From: Octopus vulgaris
Lineage: Eukaryota
DNA: 64,000 nt
Assembly: GCA_951406725.2 (NCBI GenBank)
Contig: OX597828.1
Coordinates: 77,872,001-77,936,000 of the forward strand
Direction of reading: 5' to 3'
Shown: in pieces, positions 26,800 through 36,404 of the stretch
How positions within the stretch are numbered: the first letter of the stretch is position 1
Layout of the letters: each line of letters begins with the position of its first letter
Notes under the pieces: model-generated
What the model was told of the DNA's origin: nothing
The model's database searches: none
Seen by the model: only the letters and a program-made list of their open reading frames with translations
Made by a program: the position numbers and the translations under genes

Positions 26800-27990
26800 T
26801 AATGTCAGTGCCCCTTGACTGGCTCCTGTGCCAGTGGTATGTAAAAAGCACCCACTACACTCTTAGAGTGGTTGAAGCTAGGAAGGGCATCTAGCTGTAG
26901 AAACCTTGCCAGATTAGACTGGAGCCTGGTGCAGCCTACTGGCTTGCCAGTCCTTAGTCAAACCGTCTAACCCATGCTAGCATGGAAAGCAGACGTTAAA
27001 CGATGACGACGATATTGATGATGATGATGTGTGTGTCTGCATGTGTGTGTGTGAGTAGTCATGGTATACAGACAAAGGTGTATGGTTAAGAAGTTTGTTT
27101 TCACAATTACACTTTTGGGTTAAGTCTGAAATGCAAGGACCCAGCCAACCCTTACTGTGCCAGACAAAATGATTAGCAGCATTTCTTCTAGCTCTTTACA
27201 TTCAAGATCCCAATGCTGCTAGGGTCAGCCTTTTGTCCTTTTGGGGATTGATAAAATAAGTACCAGTTGAACACTGGAGTCGATGTAATTGACTTATTAC
27301 CTCCCCCAAAATTTCAGGCTTTGTGCCTATAGTAGAAAGGATTCCCTCTCTCTATTTCGGAGAGGCACAAGCACCTACACGCACATATACACACACGGCA
27401 GTAACTTCCGCCTGCCGAATTCAATCACAAAGCTTCGGTCGGCTCGGGGCTATAGCGGAAGACACCTACCCAAAGTGCCACGCAGTGGGACTGAACCCGA
27501 AACCATGTAGCTAGGAAGCAAGCTCCCTAACCACACAGCCATGCCCGCGCCTACAATTATTATTATTATTATTACAGTGCCCCAGCATGGCCACAGCTCA
27601 TGAGCTGAAACTAGTTCAATTCAATTCAATATGATTGACAAGGTGATAAGTCAGTCATAAAAGTTAATCCGACGAAATTTATGACAGCAATTGTCACATG
27701 ACATTTGTTTACATGGCAAAATGATGTAAACACATCATAGTTGAGATTCAGAATCCATAAATTTGCAGGCATATCAGACCGTGTGTGTTGTGGTTGTATG
27801 AGTGTGATAATCTGAGAAAAACTACTTACCTGAGGTACGGTTTTGAGATAACCCTCTCCATCTGCACGACACCTTGAGATTCACAAATCCAAATACTAAG
27901 ATCCACAGCAAGCCTCTGTCCACGTAAGCTGCTCAATGGCAAATGTTTCTTAACTGGATCAAGCACTGACCATAAATCCGTGACCCCCAT
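3203..27990 (-). CDS. GEN1: GEN1 flap/Holliday-junction endonuclease (XPG/Rad2 family), 3'-partial; exons 27990-27830, 20108-19907, 15788-15699, 13794-13708, 13358-13174, 10311-10209, 7651-7568, 6260-6121, 3264-3203
   Basis: Nine GT-AG exons join in frame: [25 protein letters not shown] (XPG-N), [22 protein letters not shown] and [13 protein letters not shown] (XPG-I), [16 protein letters not shown] (H2TH), [39 protein letters not shown] (chromodomain start). Motif order matches GEN1 as recalled. Confidence 0.95.
4385..4430 (-). ncRNA. Minimal type-I hammerhead ribozyme motif (family 1)
   Basis: gacac CTGATGA a ggctg..cagcc GAAA ca TT ttgtt; core intact, stems I and III mutated. Confidence 0.65.
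4909..4954 (+). ncRNA. Decayed minimal hammerhead motif (family 1)
   Basis: gtcac CTGATGA a ggctg..cagcc AAAA ca TT gtgtt (G12A). Confidence 0.55.
5151..5404. mobile_element. hAT/Charlie-like MITE, degenerate
   Basis: Ends cagtggtctgcaacc / gttgagagccact; related copy at 13910-14675. Confidence 0.55.
5570..5850 (+). mobile_element. tRNA-derived SINE, family C
   Basis: ggttcgatt B box then gtgtccttgagcaagacac..ttgctccagtccactcagctggcaaaaat; matches 58725-59050 and the reverse copy at 26365-26560. Confidence 0.65.
6121..6260 (-). CDS. GEN1: GEN1 coding exon 8
   Basis: ttttatag| [46 protein letters not shown](K) |gtgagt; 140 nt. Confidence 0.88.
7568..7651 (-). CDS. GEN1: GEN1 coding exon 7
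   Basis: ttgtag| [28 protein letters not shown] |gtgaga; 84 nt. Confidence 0.88.
7822..8215 (+). mobile_element. tRNA-derived SINE, family A (near full-length reference copy)
   Basis: ggcgcaggagtggctgtgtggtaag (A box) ... gggttcagtccc (B box), body, internal (TA)n, tail aaacaagtaaaagagtaaaagag. Other copies at ~10500, 10770, 12470, 14077, 21120, 27400, 35540, 50430. Confidence 0.85.
8530..9240 (-). mobile_element. CR1-clade LINE 3' fragment (RT C-terminus pseudogene)
   Basis: Frameshifted [51 protein letters not shown]...DL....KII...TCGH..K....[13 protein letters not shown]; matching 3' piece on + at 15330-15575. Confidence 0.8.
9505..9830 (+). mobile_element. Gypsy LTR-retrotransposon integrase remnant
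   Basis: [30 protein letters not shown] resembles the rve core (H.TT.PYHP.SNG.AERFV.T.K.AL.K), then frameshifted [19 protein letters not shown]. Confidence 0.75.
9857..9960 (+). ncRNA. Minimal type-I hammerhead motif (family 2), U4C variant
   Basis: tcac CCGATGA gatacatct..agatgtgtc GAAA caattg TT gtga, followed by aataaa. Confidence 0.65.
10209..10311 (-). CDS. GEN1: GEN1 coding exon 6
   Basis: ttttgtag| [34 protein letters not shown] |gtacaa; 103 nt, phase-compatible. Confidence 0.88.
11117..11560. repeat. Dispersed ~400-bp repeat, unclassified (second copy 48935-49330)
   Basis: Near-identical sequence at both loci; internal duplication of ttaacaggggtggccagatctac. Confidence 0.8.
13174..13358 (-). 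CDS. GEN1: GEN1 coding exon 5
   Basis: ccag| DPHVESY...[24 protein letters not shown]...DLLL(R) |gtcggt; 185 nt. Confidence 0.93.
13708..13794 (-). CDS. GEN1: GEN1 coding exon 4
   Basis: ttacag| [29 protein letters not shown] |gttttt; 87 nt. Confidence 0.95.
13910..14675. mobile_element. hAT/Charlie-like MITE with nested family-A SINE (14077-14440) and internal duplication
   Basis: Ends caagggttctcaatc / ggtgagaaccactg; segment 13940-14050 is repeated at 14470-14590. Confidence 0.6.
15699..15788 (-). CDS. GEN1: GEN1 coding exon 3
   Basis: ttttcag| [30 protein letters not shown] |gtaagt; 90 nt. Confidence 0.95.
16214..16285 (-). ncRNA. Minimal type-I hammerhead ribozyme (family 3), sense to GEN1 pre-mRNA
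   Basis: atgtgg CTGATGA agat..atct GAAA ccgg TA ccacat. Confidence 0.8.
16449..16520 (+). ncRNA. Minimal type-I hammerhead ribozyme (family 3)
   Basis: Stem I atgtgg/ccacat, CTGATGA 16455-16461, extended stem II, GAAA 16505-16508, palindromic ccgg, TA cleavage site. Confidence 0.8.
19907..20108 (-). CDS. GEN1: GEN1 coding exon 2
   Basis: cag| [35 protein letters not shown]...AFVKK |gtaaaa; 202 nt, phase 2 to 0. Confidence 0.93.
20410..20990 (-). mobile_element. RTE LINE 3' fragment
   Basis: Reverse of the RTE ORF end and 3' tail seen at 55850-56920. Confidence 0.75.
21555..24010 (+). mobile_element. RTE LINE, internally deleted and frameshifted copy
   Basis: APE N-terminus ([21 protein letters not shown]..) is joined at ~21660 directly to the mid-ORF; RT motifs [22 protein letters not shown]; 3'UTR ends in (gat)n. 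Confidence 0.92.
24030..24572 (-). mobile_element. Non-coding hammerhead-bearing element (HHR family 4) between (TA)n tracts
   Basis: HHR at 24309-24371; 3'-terminal ttttaccctca motif shared with family 3. Confidence 0.65.
24309..24371 (-). ncRNA. Minimal type-I hammerhead ribozyme (family 4)
   Basis: tttgag CTGACGA aaga..tctt GAAA cgttgacg TA ctcaaa. Confidence 0.8.
25360..25405 (-). ncRNA. Hammerhead-like motif, C3G variant (family 5)
   Basis: cctggg GTGATGA tggg caata ccca GAAA catgcatg TC ttcagg. Confidence 0.6.
25697..25742 (+). ncRNA. Hammerhead-like motif, C3G variant (family 5)
   Basis: Identical 46-nt motif to 25360-25405. Confidence 0.6.
27830..27990 (-). CDS. GEN1: GEN1 coding exon 1
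   Basis: [53 protein letters not shown](R); donor AG|gtaagt; an upstream ttttcag acceptor near 28003 implies a 5'UTR intron. Confidence 0.95.
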
Positions 27991-28024
27991 GGTAAATACA
28001 AGCTGAAAACAAGCGAAAATAGGA

Positions 28025-28603
28025 TGGGTGCCGAAAAGTTCCTGGCTATGGATAAAAGAAAATACAGATCCTTCTGTTAATTATGATTTTATTCAACACG
28101 AGCAAAACGCCCCCCGTGCAATGGACGGTGCTGAGTTGTCAAGCATTTAAGCCAAATTTTCTCAAAACAACTTGTCCGACCGTCCCATGGGCCACCCCTT
28201 TGAGAAACACTGATTTAACCAAAATTTGAGACACCAGGAAAAGAAATAAAGACAGACTTTTTTCTATTCCAAGAAAAACGATTTTACAAATGCACGTTCC
28301 CACGGCTTTATCGATAGCATTCTCACCTGGAATCGATTTTTGTAATTTTTTCAAGACTTATACACGCCCTGATACCGTCGGTATCTACATATCAAATTTG
28401 AGCGCAAACGGATGGAGGATGCCCGAGATCCTAGAAGACACACACACACACAGAAAGACAGAACGGATTTTATATAATAGATATTCCCCTCTCAGATTCA
28501 CACACTTATTGCAGCGGTCCTTCAGTTTTCCTAAGCCCTGTAAAAGAACTCGGAAGGTTGGGCCCCCAACCAGGTTTTTCGTCAGGAACTTTCCAGCACC
28601 CCT
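28025..28603. mobile_element. Mariner-type MITE with unrelated insertion (~28100-28480)
   Basis: TIRs gggtgccgaaaagttcctg / caggaactttccagcaccc. Confidence 0.6.
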
Positions 28604-29803
28604 TCGCATATGAAACCATTAAAAAAAATTAACAAAAAGCTATGCTATAACTTTCTGACACTTTCAGGGCGCGATCCATAATTTTAATGTCTATGATTTG
28701 TTTAAGTTTCCATAAATTAGCGATTTGGTAAAAAAGGTACCGATAACGAAAATTAAAAGTACTACACTATGAATAGGAATCGATTTGACCGACTAAACTC
28801 GTCGATGTGCTGCCCCAGCTTGGCCACAGTCCAATAACTGAAACAAGTAAAAGAATACATGTGTATGTGTGTGTATACGTATTAATAATAATCATCAGAT
28901 ATTAATGAAAGACTCAAGAGCCTATTTTACATTGCATCGAGACAAAGCGAGGGAACCTTTACGCGATTACAAAAACTGCTAGAAATAACAGCCAAATCAA
29001 CCTACCGTTTTACTGAAACGGGAAATAAATACCAAATCTTATATCCCCATACTACCACGATAAGACATATAATGATGAAATCTTTGGTAGATGTCTAAGT
29101 AAGGTAGGTTGGTCATGGATGGCCCCCGGCTAAACAACTAAACTGAGCTTATATACACCAGTATGGCCACCACCGCCGACTTTCTTTCCTCATAACTTTC
29201 AAGAAAATGGGTATCATGTTATGAAATTTTCAACAAACACCTTTTATATGGAGTTGATTGCGATTATATCGAAATTTAATATGGAAAAAATACAAACTGG
29301 TCGGCGCACACAGTTACATACTGACATCACATTTTCGAAAAAATTCAAGTTTACATATATGCAGCATATATATATATATCTACTATATACATATATATAT
29401 AGTAGATATATAAACAAGGCAGGCAAATTTAAGTTTTTCTCTGTATGCTGGAAACAAAAACGAACAGCTTTAATCGATTTTCGAACCTCAGATGTGTCTA
29501 AATTGCTTGATCGAACTGTTTATATACTCAACAGATCCAATAACGAGAATTTGCAAACCGTAAATGCACGTTCGCGCCCACCGTGTGCTTTTTAACATGA
29601 AATTCGGATGTGATCGTAATCTAAATCATCTGAAACAGAAATGTAGAAATTTTCATTTAAAAAAATCCGTTTTTTGTATAAAATTTCTGAGGAAAGAAAG
29701 TGAGACACCGACAGAGATTCGAAACTGTTTGTGTTTTAACGAATAGAACAAATCATTTAATTACACAGTATAATGGGTGCAAGTGTCGTTTAGAGATACT
29801 CAC

Positions 29804-29960
29804 CTGTAAAACAAGCTTCCCGCTGGGTTTTCCTAAATATTATGAAAGTAAAAACCTGACCAAAGACATTTTTGAATTTGCCGCCATGTTCACTAGCGCC
29901 ACCTGTTATCTAAAAGATGCAAGGGGAGTAACTCTAACGTGACACGTGCCTCAGAGCGCG
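29804..29960 (-). promoter_or_regulatory. Probable GEN1 core promoter and non-coding first exon
   Basis: Donor cag|gtgagt at 29804/29803; YY1-like aacatggcggc (29880-29890), CTCF-like caggtggcgct (29895-29905), E-box cacgtg (29943-29948); local CpG retention. Confidence 0.55.
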
Positions 29961-30599
29961 TGATTGTTGTTGTTGCTGCTATTGTTGTTTTAGTTGTGAT
30001 TCACACCCGATTGATCTTAATCAAGGAAACCGATTACCATCAAATGTATTGGTGTTTACTGATCCAGTGGCTTCGATTATTTTTAAAACTGTAGCGAGTG
30101 ATCTGAAGGGGAGTTGGTTGCTATTTCTAGTAAATCGAGCTCCCTCGTTGGATTTAGTGAAAAGAAGAATCGGTTAAGCTTCGAACCTGATTTCATGGGA
30201 CAAACTCAGGGACCAGATGGATATATTATCTGTTCTTTTCTTATAGCGTAGCAGTGTTCTGGCTTTGAAACCTTAAACCGATATCATGCCTGCTACCGAG
30301 TTCAAATCTTCCCGTGGTCAATTTTGCTTTTCTTTCTTCGGAGTTCGATTAAAATAAAGGACCAGTAATGTAAGGAGGTCAATTTAAGGCATCCTAGTTG
30401 TGAATGAAACGATAATAAATAAAGAGGTCAGATCCTGTACGCTATAGATCTCTATTGCAATCAGACCTGGACACAGCAGTGGATCATGAAAGGCAAAGTC
30501 AAAATGTAAAGACCAACGAAATGCCGCTGAGCATTTTGTCTGGTTTGCTATTCTGCTGGATCACCATCTTTTCTGTCTTATCAATAATAATAACAATAA

Positions 30600-31010
30600 T
30601 CCTTTCGGATCTTTTCATTTTGAACGGCAGATGTCAACACAATTTCTAGTTAACTAAACACTTTTAAACTTCGTATACTGCTAGAAAGTGTTTATAAAAC
30701 ATCATTTTTTCTTGGCTTTATTGAGAAAATTCTATATATTGTAACATATTTCCACTTTAAAATCGAGCATTTCGGCAATTTTAACCAATCGCTCACCTCC
30801 ATTTGGGGTGAAAAGATTCCGTGCTGTATGAATATGTCCCTTGTTTAAGAAACAGATTGGGTTTATTTACATTTGCAAAGAAAAAAGATACCCTTCCCCC
30901 ACCTCTAACCCTAACCCTAAAATAGATTGAAATGCAATAGATCGATACTAGGGTTATAATTATGGGTGACATTTTCATTTGACACTGCTAGAAAAAAATC
31001 CCATTTTCCT
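30600..31010. mobile_element. Unclassified DNA repeat with (ctaacc)n, possibly Helentron/HINE-like; related copy 62760-62945
   Basis: Shared ttcggatcttttc..tttgaacggcag..aaacttcgtatactg..gagaaaattctata; ctaaccctaaccct at ~30905. Confidence 0.45.
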
Positions 31011-31019
31011 TAGCGATCA

Positions 31020-33225
31020 TCATCATCATCATCGTTTAAAATTCGTTTTCCGCGCTAGCACGGGTTGGACGGTTCGACTGGGGTCTGGGAAGCCAGGGCT
31101 GCACCAGGCTCCAGTCTGATCTGGCAGTGTTTCTACAGCTGGATGCCCTTCCTAACGCCAACCACTCCGCGAGTGTAGTGGGTGCTTTTTACGTGCCACC
31201 TGCACAGGTGCCAGGGGGGTCTGGCATTGGCCACGATCGGTTGGTGCTTTTTACGTGCCACCGGCACAGAGGCCAGTCAAGGCGGCGCTGGCAACGGCCA
31301 CGTTCGGATGGTCCTTTTTATGTGCCACCGGCACAGGAATCACAACTACTATTTCCATTGATATTTGTTTCGATGTTCATGTACGTGCACTTGACTCAAC
31401 AGGTCTCCTCAAGCACAGTGAGATGTTCCGGGATCCAAGGTACTTTGAATGGGCAGGGAACTGGTGCCGGAAACATCCCGGGTCTTTGTAGTCACAGCAC
31501 ATCTCCAGAGATCTTGGTCCTTCGCCATTGCCTCTGTGAGGCCCAACGCTCTGAGGTCATGCTTGACTACCTCATCTCATGTCTTCCTGGGTCTACCTCT
31601 CCCCCTGATTCCTTCAACTGTTTGGGAGTGGCACTTCTTCACACATCTCTCCTCATCCATCCACAGTCCATGACCATACCATCGCAGGGTCGCTCTTACA
31701 CACCGCATCTGATGCTTCTTATGTCTAGCATTTCTCTCAGGGTGCTTACACTCTGTCGTGCATTCACACTAACATTACACATCCAGCGGATCATGCTAGC
31801 TTCATTCCTTTCAAGTCTACGCATGTCCTCTGCAGTCACGGCCCATGTTTCACTGCCGTGAAGCATGGCAGTTCGCACACATGCATCATACAATCTACCT
31901 TTCACTCTGAGTGAGAGACCCTTTGTCGCCAGTAGGGGTAGGAGCTTTCTAAACTTTGCCCAGGCTATTCATATTCTAGTGATGACACTCTCTGAGCATC
32001 CACCTCCACTACTAACTTGGTCACCTAGGTAGCGGAAACTATCAACTACTTCTAGTTTCTTCCCCTGGAATGTGATGGAATCTGTTTTCTGAGTATTTGT
32101 GGTGTCTATTGTCCCTGTGCATCTGCCGCACATGAAAGCTATCTTATCAGTTAATTTCCCTTTGATGTTGCTGCACCTCTTATGCGTCCATAGCTTACAC
32201 TGGGTGCATCTTATGGAGTTTCTACCTACACCTTTCCTACAGATCGAACAGGGCCACCTGCCCGATGGGGTGTGTGATGAGTTCGCCTTTCTGCTTACTA
32301 TAACTTTGGTCTTTGCTACATTTACTCTAAGGCCCTTTGATTCTAACCCTTGTTTCCACACCCGAAATTTCTTTTCTAGTTCCGGTAGTGATTCTGCTAT
32401 GAGAGCCAGGTCATCAGCATAGAGGAGCTCCCAGGGGCAACCTGTTTTGAATTCCTCTGTTATTGCCTGGAGGACTAAGCCTTGGTGTACACCTACTTCC
32501 ACCCGGAATTCTTCACTATATTCGCTGCCAATCCTAACCTTGCTGACAGCCTCTCTGTATAGAGCCTGTACAGCCCTTATTAGCCATTCGTCAATCACCA
32601 GTTTCCTCATCGACCACCAGATAAGGGATCGGGGAACCCTGTCAAAGGCTTTCTCCAAGTCCACAAAAGCTATGTAGAGGGGTTTATCTTTAGCTAGGTA
32701 CTTCTCCTGCAGTTGTCAGACCAGGAATATAGCATCAGTGGTGCTTCTACCTGGCACAAAACCGAACTGCATCTCATCTAAGCAAATCCTCTCCCTAATG
32801 AGATGGGTTATGACCCTCTCTGTGACTTTCATCACCTGATCCAACAGTTTAATACCCCTGTAGTTATTTCTATCTAGAGCATCACCCTTACCCTTGTAGC
32901 AGTTGACTATGGTGCTGCTACGCCAGTCATTGGGTATGACTCCATTATGAACTACCTGGTTTACAATGCGGGTGACTAGGCCGTAGCCCACATAACCAGC
33001 TGTTTTAAGCATCTCAGCAGTGATACCTGATGGGCCGGGGGCTTTACCTGGTTTCATACCTTTAATTGCCTTAACTACAAGGGAGCTGTCTATTTGGATA
33101 GCTGGTCCCTCTACTGGGTCAACATTTGGCAGGCTCTCCTCTTTCCATTCATTCTCCACATTCAGCAGTCTTTCATAATGGCTTCTCCAAGCCTCTTTCT
33201 TTTCACCAACATTAAAAGCAAGATG
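31020..33225 (-). mobile_element. RTE LINE, 5'-truncated, diverged subfamily
   Basis: ORF pieces 32716-33159, 31969-32664 and 31696-31905 align to the 53250 ORF (DLEKAFD, LLYADD, PHD-like Cys cluster); (cat)n tail at 31017. Confidence 0.92.
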
Positions 33226-33351
33226 TCGTATGAAATTGTATGCCAGAAAATACAGTAATTCCTCACCAAATCACAGTTTATAATTCAAGCCTACATCAAT
33301 TCCTCCATTGTGTTGTTTTGCATTTATAATAAAATGAATATATGCAAATTA

Positions 33352-33690
33352 TAACAAGAGCACTGAGAGAATGCAAACCTCTGCCAAGGCAACACCAATG
33401 TCCTCTCAACGATTAGCCAGAGATAATTTTTAAAATGAGAATATTTGAAATAAACTCGGCTGCTCACACAAATGAGAATGCTAAAAATGAACCTGACCGC
33501 TCTCAAAAATTAAGTAAAAAAAAACGGAAAAAATAATCCAGAATCCTTGTCCGGTACCAGATTTAATGAGGTCAAATATCTCTGAAAGTTTCATTCGAAT
33601 CCATCCAGTGGTTCTTGAGTTATCTTGTCCATGGACAAACAAACATGACAGAAAATAATACCCCTGCCTTCACTAAGGTGGAGGTAAAAA
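33352..33690. mobile_element. Non-autonomous DNA element, Crypton-V-like
   Basis: acaagagcactgagagaatgcaaacctctgccaagg ... aaggtggaggta subterminal inverted motif; classification from recalled resemblance only. Confidence 0.4.
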
Positions 33691-36404
33691 CGATAAAAAG
33701 AAATATACAGTACAGTATTGTTTCTACTTCAAGGATTTTCACCTATCACAGAAGGGTTTTTTAACATAACACCTGTGATAGTCGAGGGATTACTGTATTA
33801 TGCAATGAGTTATTGAATAAATTTATAATTCAGAGAAAAATATTAAAAAGTTGTAATTTTAAAAATAACAAAAAGAAAAGCATTTTTTAAAAGTTAATTT
33901 TTATTTTTGTAAAGAATTCAAATATATTTTTTTAACTCATAAAACTTTTACAAAAAAATAACATTCCAAAATCGTAAGACGTGTCATGCAGTTTTTTTAA
34001 TTAATTTTGCAGTTTTTGTATACTTTTATTGTTGTTGTTGATGAATTTATTGTTCCAGACTGCAGCATTTTCTTCATCTTTTTATAAACCAAAAATAGAG
34101 AGGGGGAGGAGGAGAGAAGGGGAATGAAAGAAGAAAGAGGGCAAAGATGAAGAAAAGAGAGAAAGGGAGTGAGACAAGTGAGAAAGACAAAGAGACAAAC
34201 AAGAGAAAGAGGAAGAAGAGGGAGATAAATGAGTGAAAGAGAGAGTGAGAGAGAAAGAAGGAGATTGAGAGGGAGAGAGAGAGAGAGAGTCTGTTGGCAT
34301 TCAATATTCTTCAGGAGAGAACGGAAGACAGAAATCTCAAGAAAGACACAGACTTTCAGATTTTCTCTTTGAATTTGTCTCTTTATGTCTATATAGGTAT
34401 TAACTACCTCAGAGACACTACAGATTTTTAAGTAGAACTTCTGCATAAATTTCATAAATATAGATAGAACTGCAATGTTGTACTTGCAAATATATTTATT
34501 TAGAAATTAAATTTATAGGAAAAGTAAAGAAAACTCAGTACCTTTCTGAGAGTAAATCTATTGCATATATTACCTTGGGCTATATTATATCAAGTGTGAG
34601 GATTGTCTCTGGGCTTGAAAATCTGAATAATGAAATATATAATGGTAAGAACTAATATTTATCAATCAGTCTGTCCAGCAATCTGTCCTTCTTATCTATC
34701 TAGTAATGCACACACACATGTATATATTTATATATACACACACACATATATTATATATTTATATGTATATATATATATATATATATACATACACATTTGT
34801 ACATACACACACGTGTGTGTGTGTTTAGGAAAGGATATGCTTAGTGTAATTCAAGTTTCAGCTCTGAAGAGGTGTACCGTTGGATCGCATTTAAAGTGTG
34901 ACATAATTTATTACTGAATACTGAAACATATAAAGGAATACCAAGTTCAATCGCGTGTTCTTTTCTCTCGTTTTACACACACATACCAGTGTTGGTTTGT
35001 TTACGTCCCCATACTTAGTGACCAATAGAATAAGCATTTGCAAACTCTTCAAGGCAGGGCCCCAGCATGGCCGCAGTCCACTGAGTGAAACAAGTAAAAG
35101 ATAAAAAGGACTACAACTCTGAGAAACCAGTTCCAAGCAATCAGTCTCAACCTCATCGAGCACTTGCTTTGAGTTACCTCCCTCCAAATAACATGGCCTT
35201 CATAGAACCTCATCCCAACAGGATCAGCCTCACAAGTTTCTGCCATCTTTTATATTATTGCCTTGTATGTCTGGTGAAAGTGAGTGAGGATTGGGCTGTT
35301 TAATTTTAAAACGTTTGCTTCACAACCATAAGGTGCCACTTATTCAATTCTAGTATGAGAAGGCAAGTGTCTTCTACCACAGCCCCAGCTTGACAAGTGC
35401 CATATGTGTAGAATTTGGGTAGATGTCAACATGCACGTGTGTGTGTGTGTGTGTAAATGTATATGTATATGCTGGTGTATTTGAGCCTACGTTTATGTAA
35501 ATTTACTGTGTAAAACACACACACACATATTTGTATGTATGTGTGGCTGGGTGGTAAGAACTCTACTTCCAAACCACATGGTTCTGGGTTTGGTCCCACT
35601 GCATGGCACCTTGGACAAGTGTTATCTGCTATAGCCACGGGCTGACCAAAGCCTTGCAACTGGATCTGGCAGACAGACACCGAAAGAAGCCCATCATATA
35701 AACACGTGTGTATATGTGATAGTGTGTGTGTGTGTGTGTGCGTATGCGACTGTACACATGTGTCCCCTGGTCATGACATCATGTGACAGTTGTAAAATGA
35801 TTGTCACTATCATGTAAGCAGTATCATTCATTTCCAATATTCGTTGAGTTGATGAGCTGTAGTGCACCTGAGCAATATACACAATTTCATTATTATTATT
35901 ATTATTATAACACTGCTTGGAAATAGATGAGGCTTGGTAACAGGAAGGGCACATGGCTGTAGAAAATCTGCCTCAATAAAACTCCACCTGACCCATTCAA
36001 GCATGGAAAAGTAGACTTTAAATGATGCTGATTTGATATGGTGTGTGTGTGTGTGTGTGTGTGTAACCTGGCTGTAGAATAGTATCATTAGAGGTAAATA
36101 ATGAGGTTGGTCATACAACACTGCTTCGATAAACCCATCCAATTTAGGCTAACATGGTTAAACAGAGGTAAAACGATAATGTTGATGATGATCATCATCA
36201 TCATCGCTGAGGCAAACAGAACAGAACAAAAGCATGCACTATACTGATGTTGAACTTAGACGGTGTTTGTAATAGAAATCCCAAATAAATGAATGAATTT
36301 CAGGTATGTTATTAATCGTGTCATTTGAGATATCACAAATGAATGTATTTGGTTTAAAAAGAAAACGTAAACTGTTATAACAAAAGGGAGCAAAATAATA
36401 ATAT

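Noticed and set aside
33997-35303. Exons of a third gene (ORFs 33997-34455, 35049-35246)
   Set aside because: No recognisable domain or consistent splice chain; partly low-complexity GA/CT sequence
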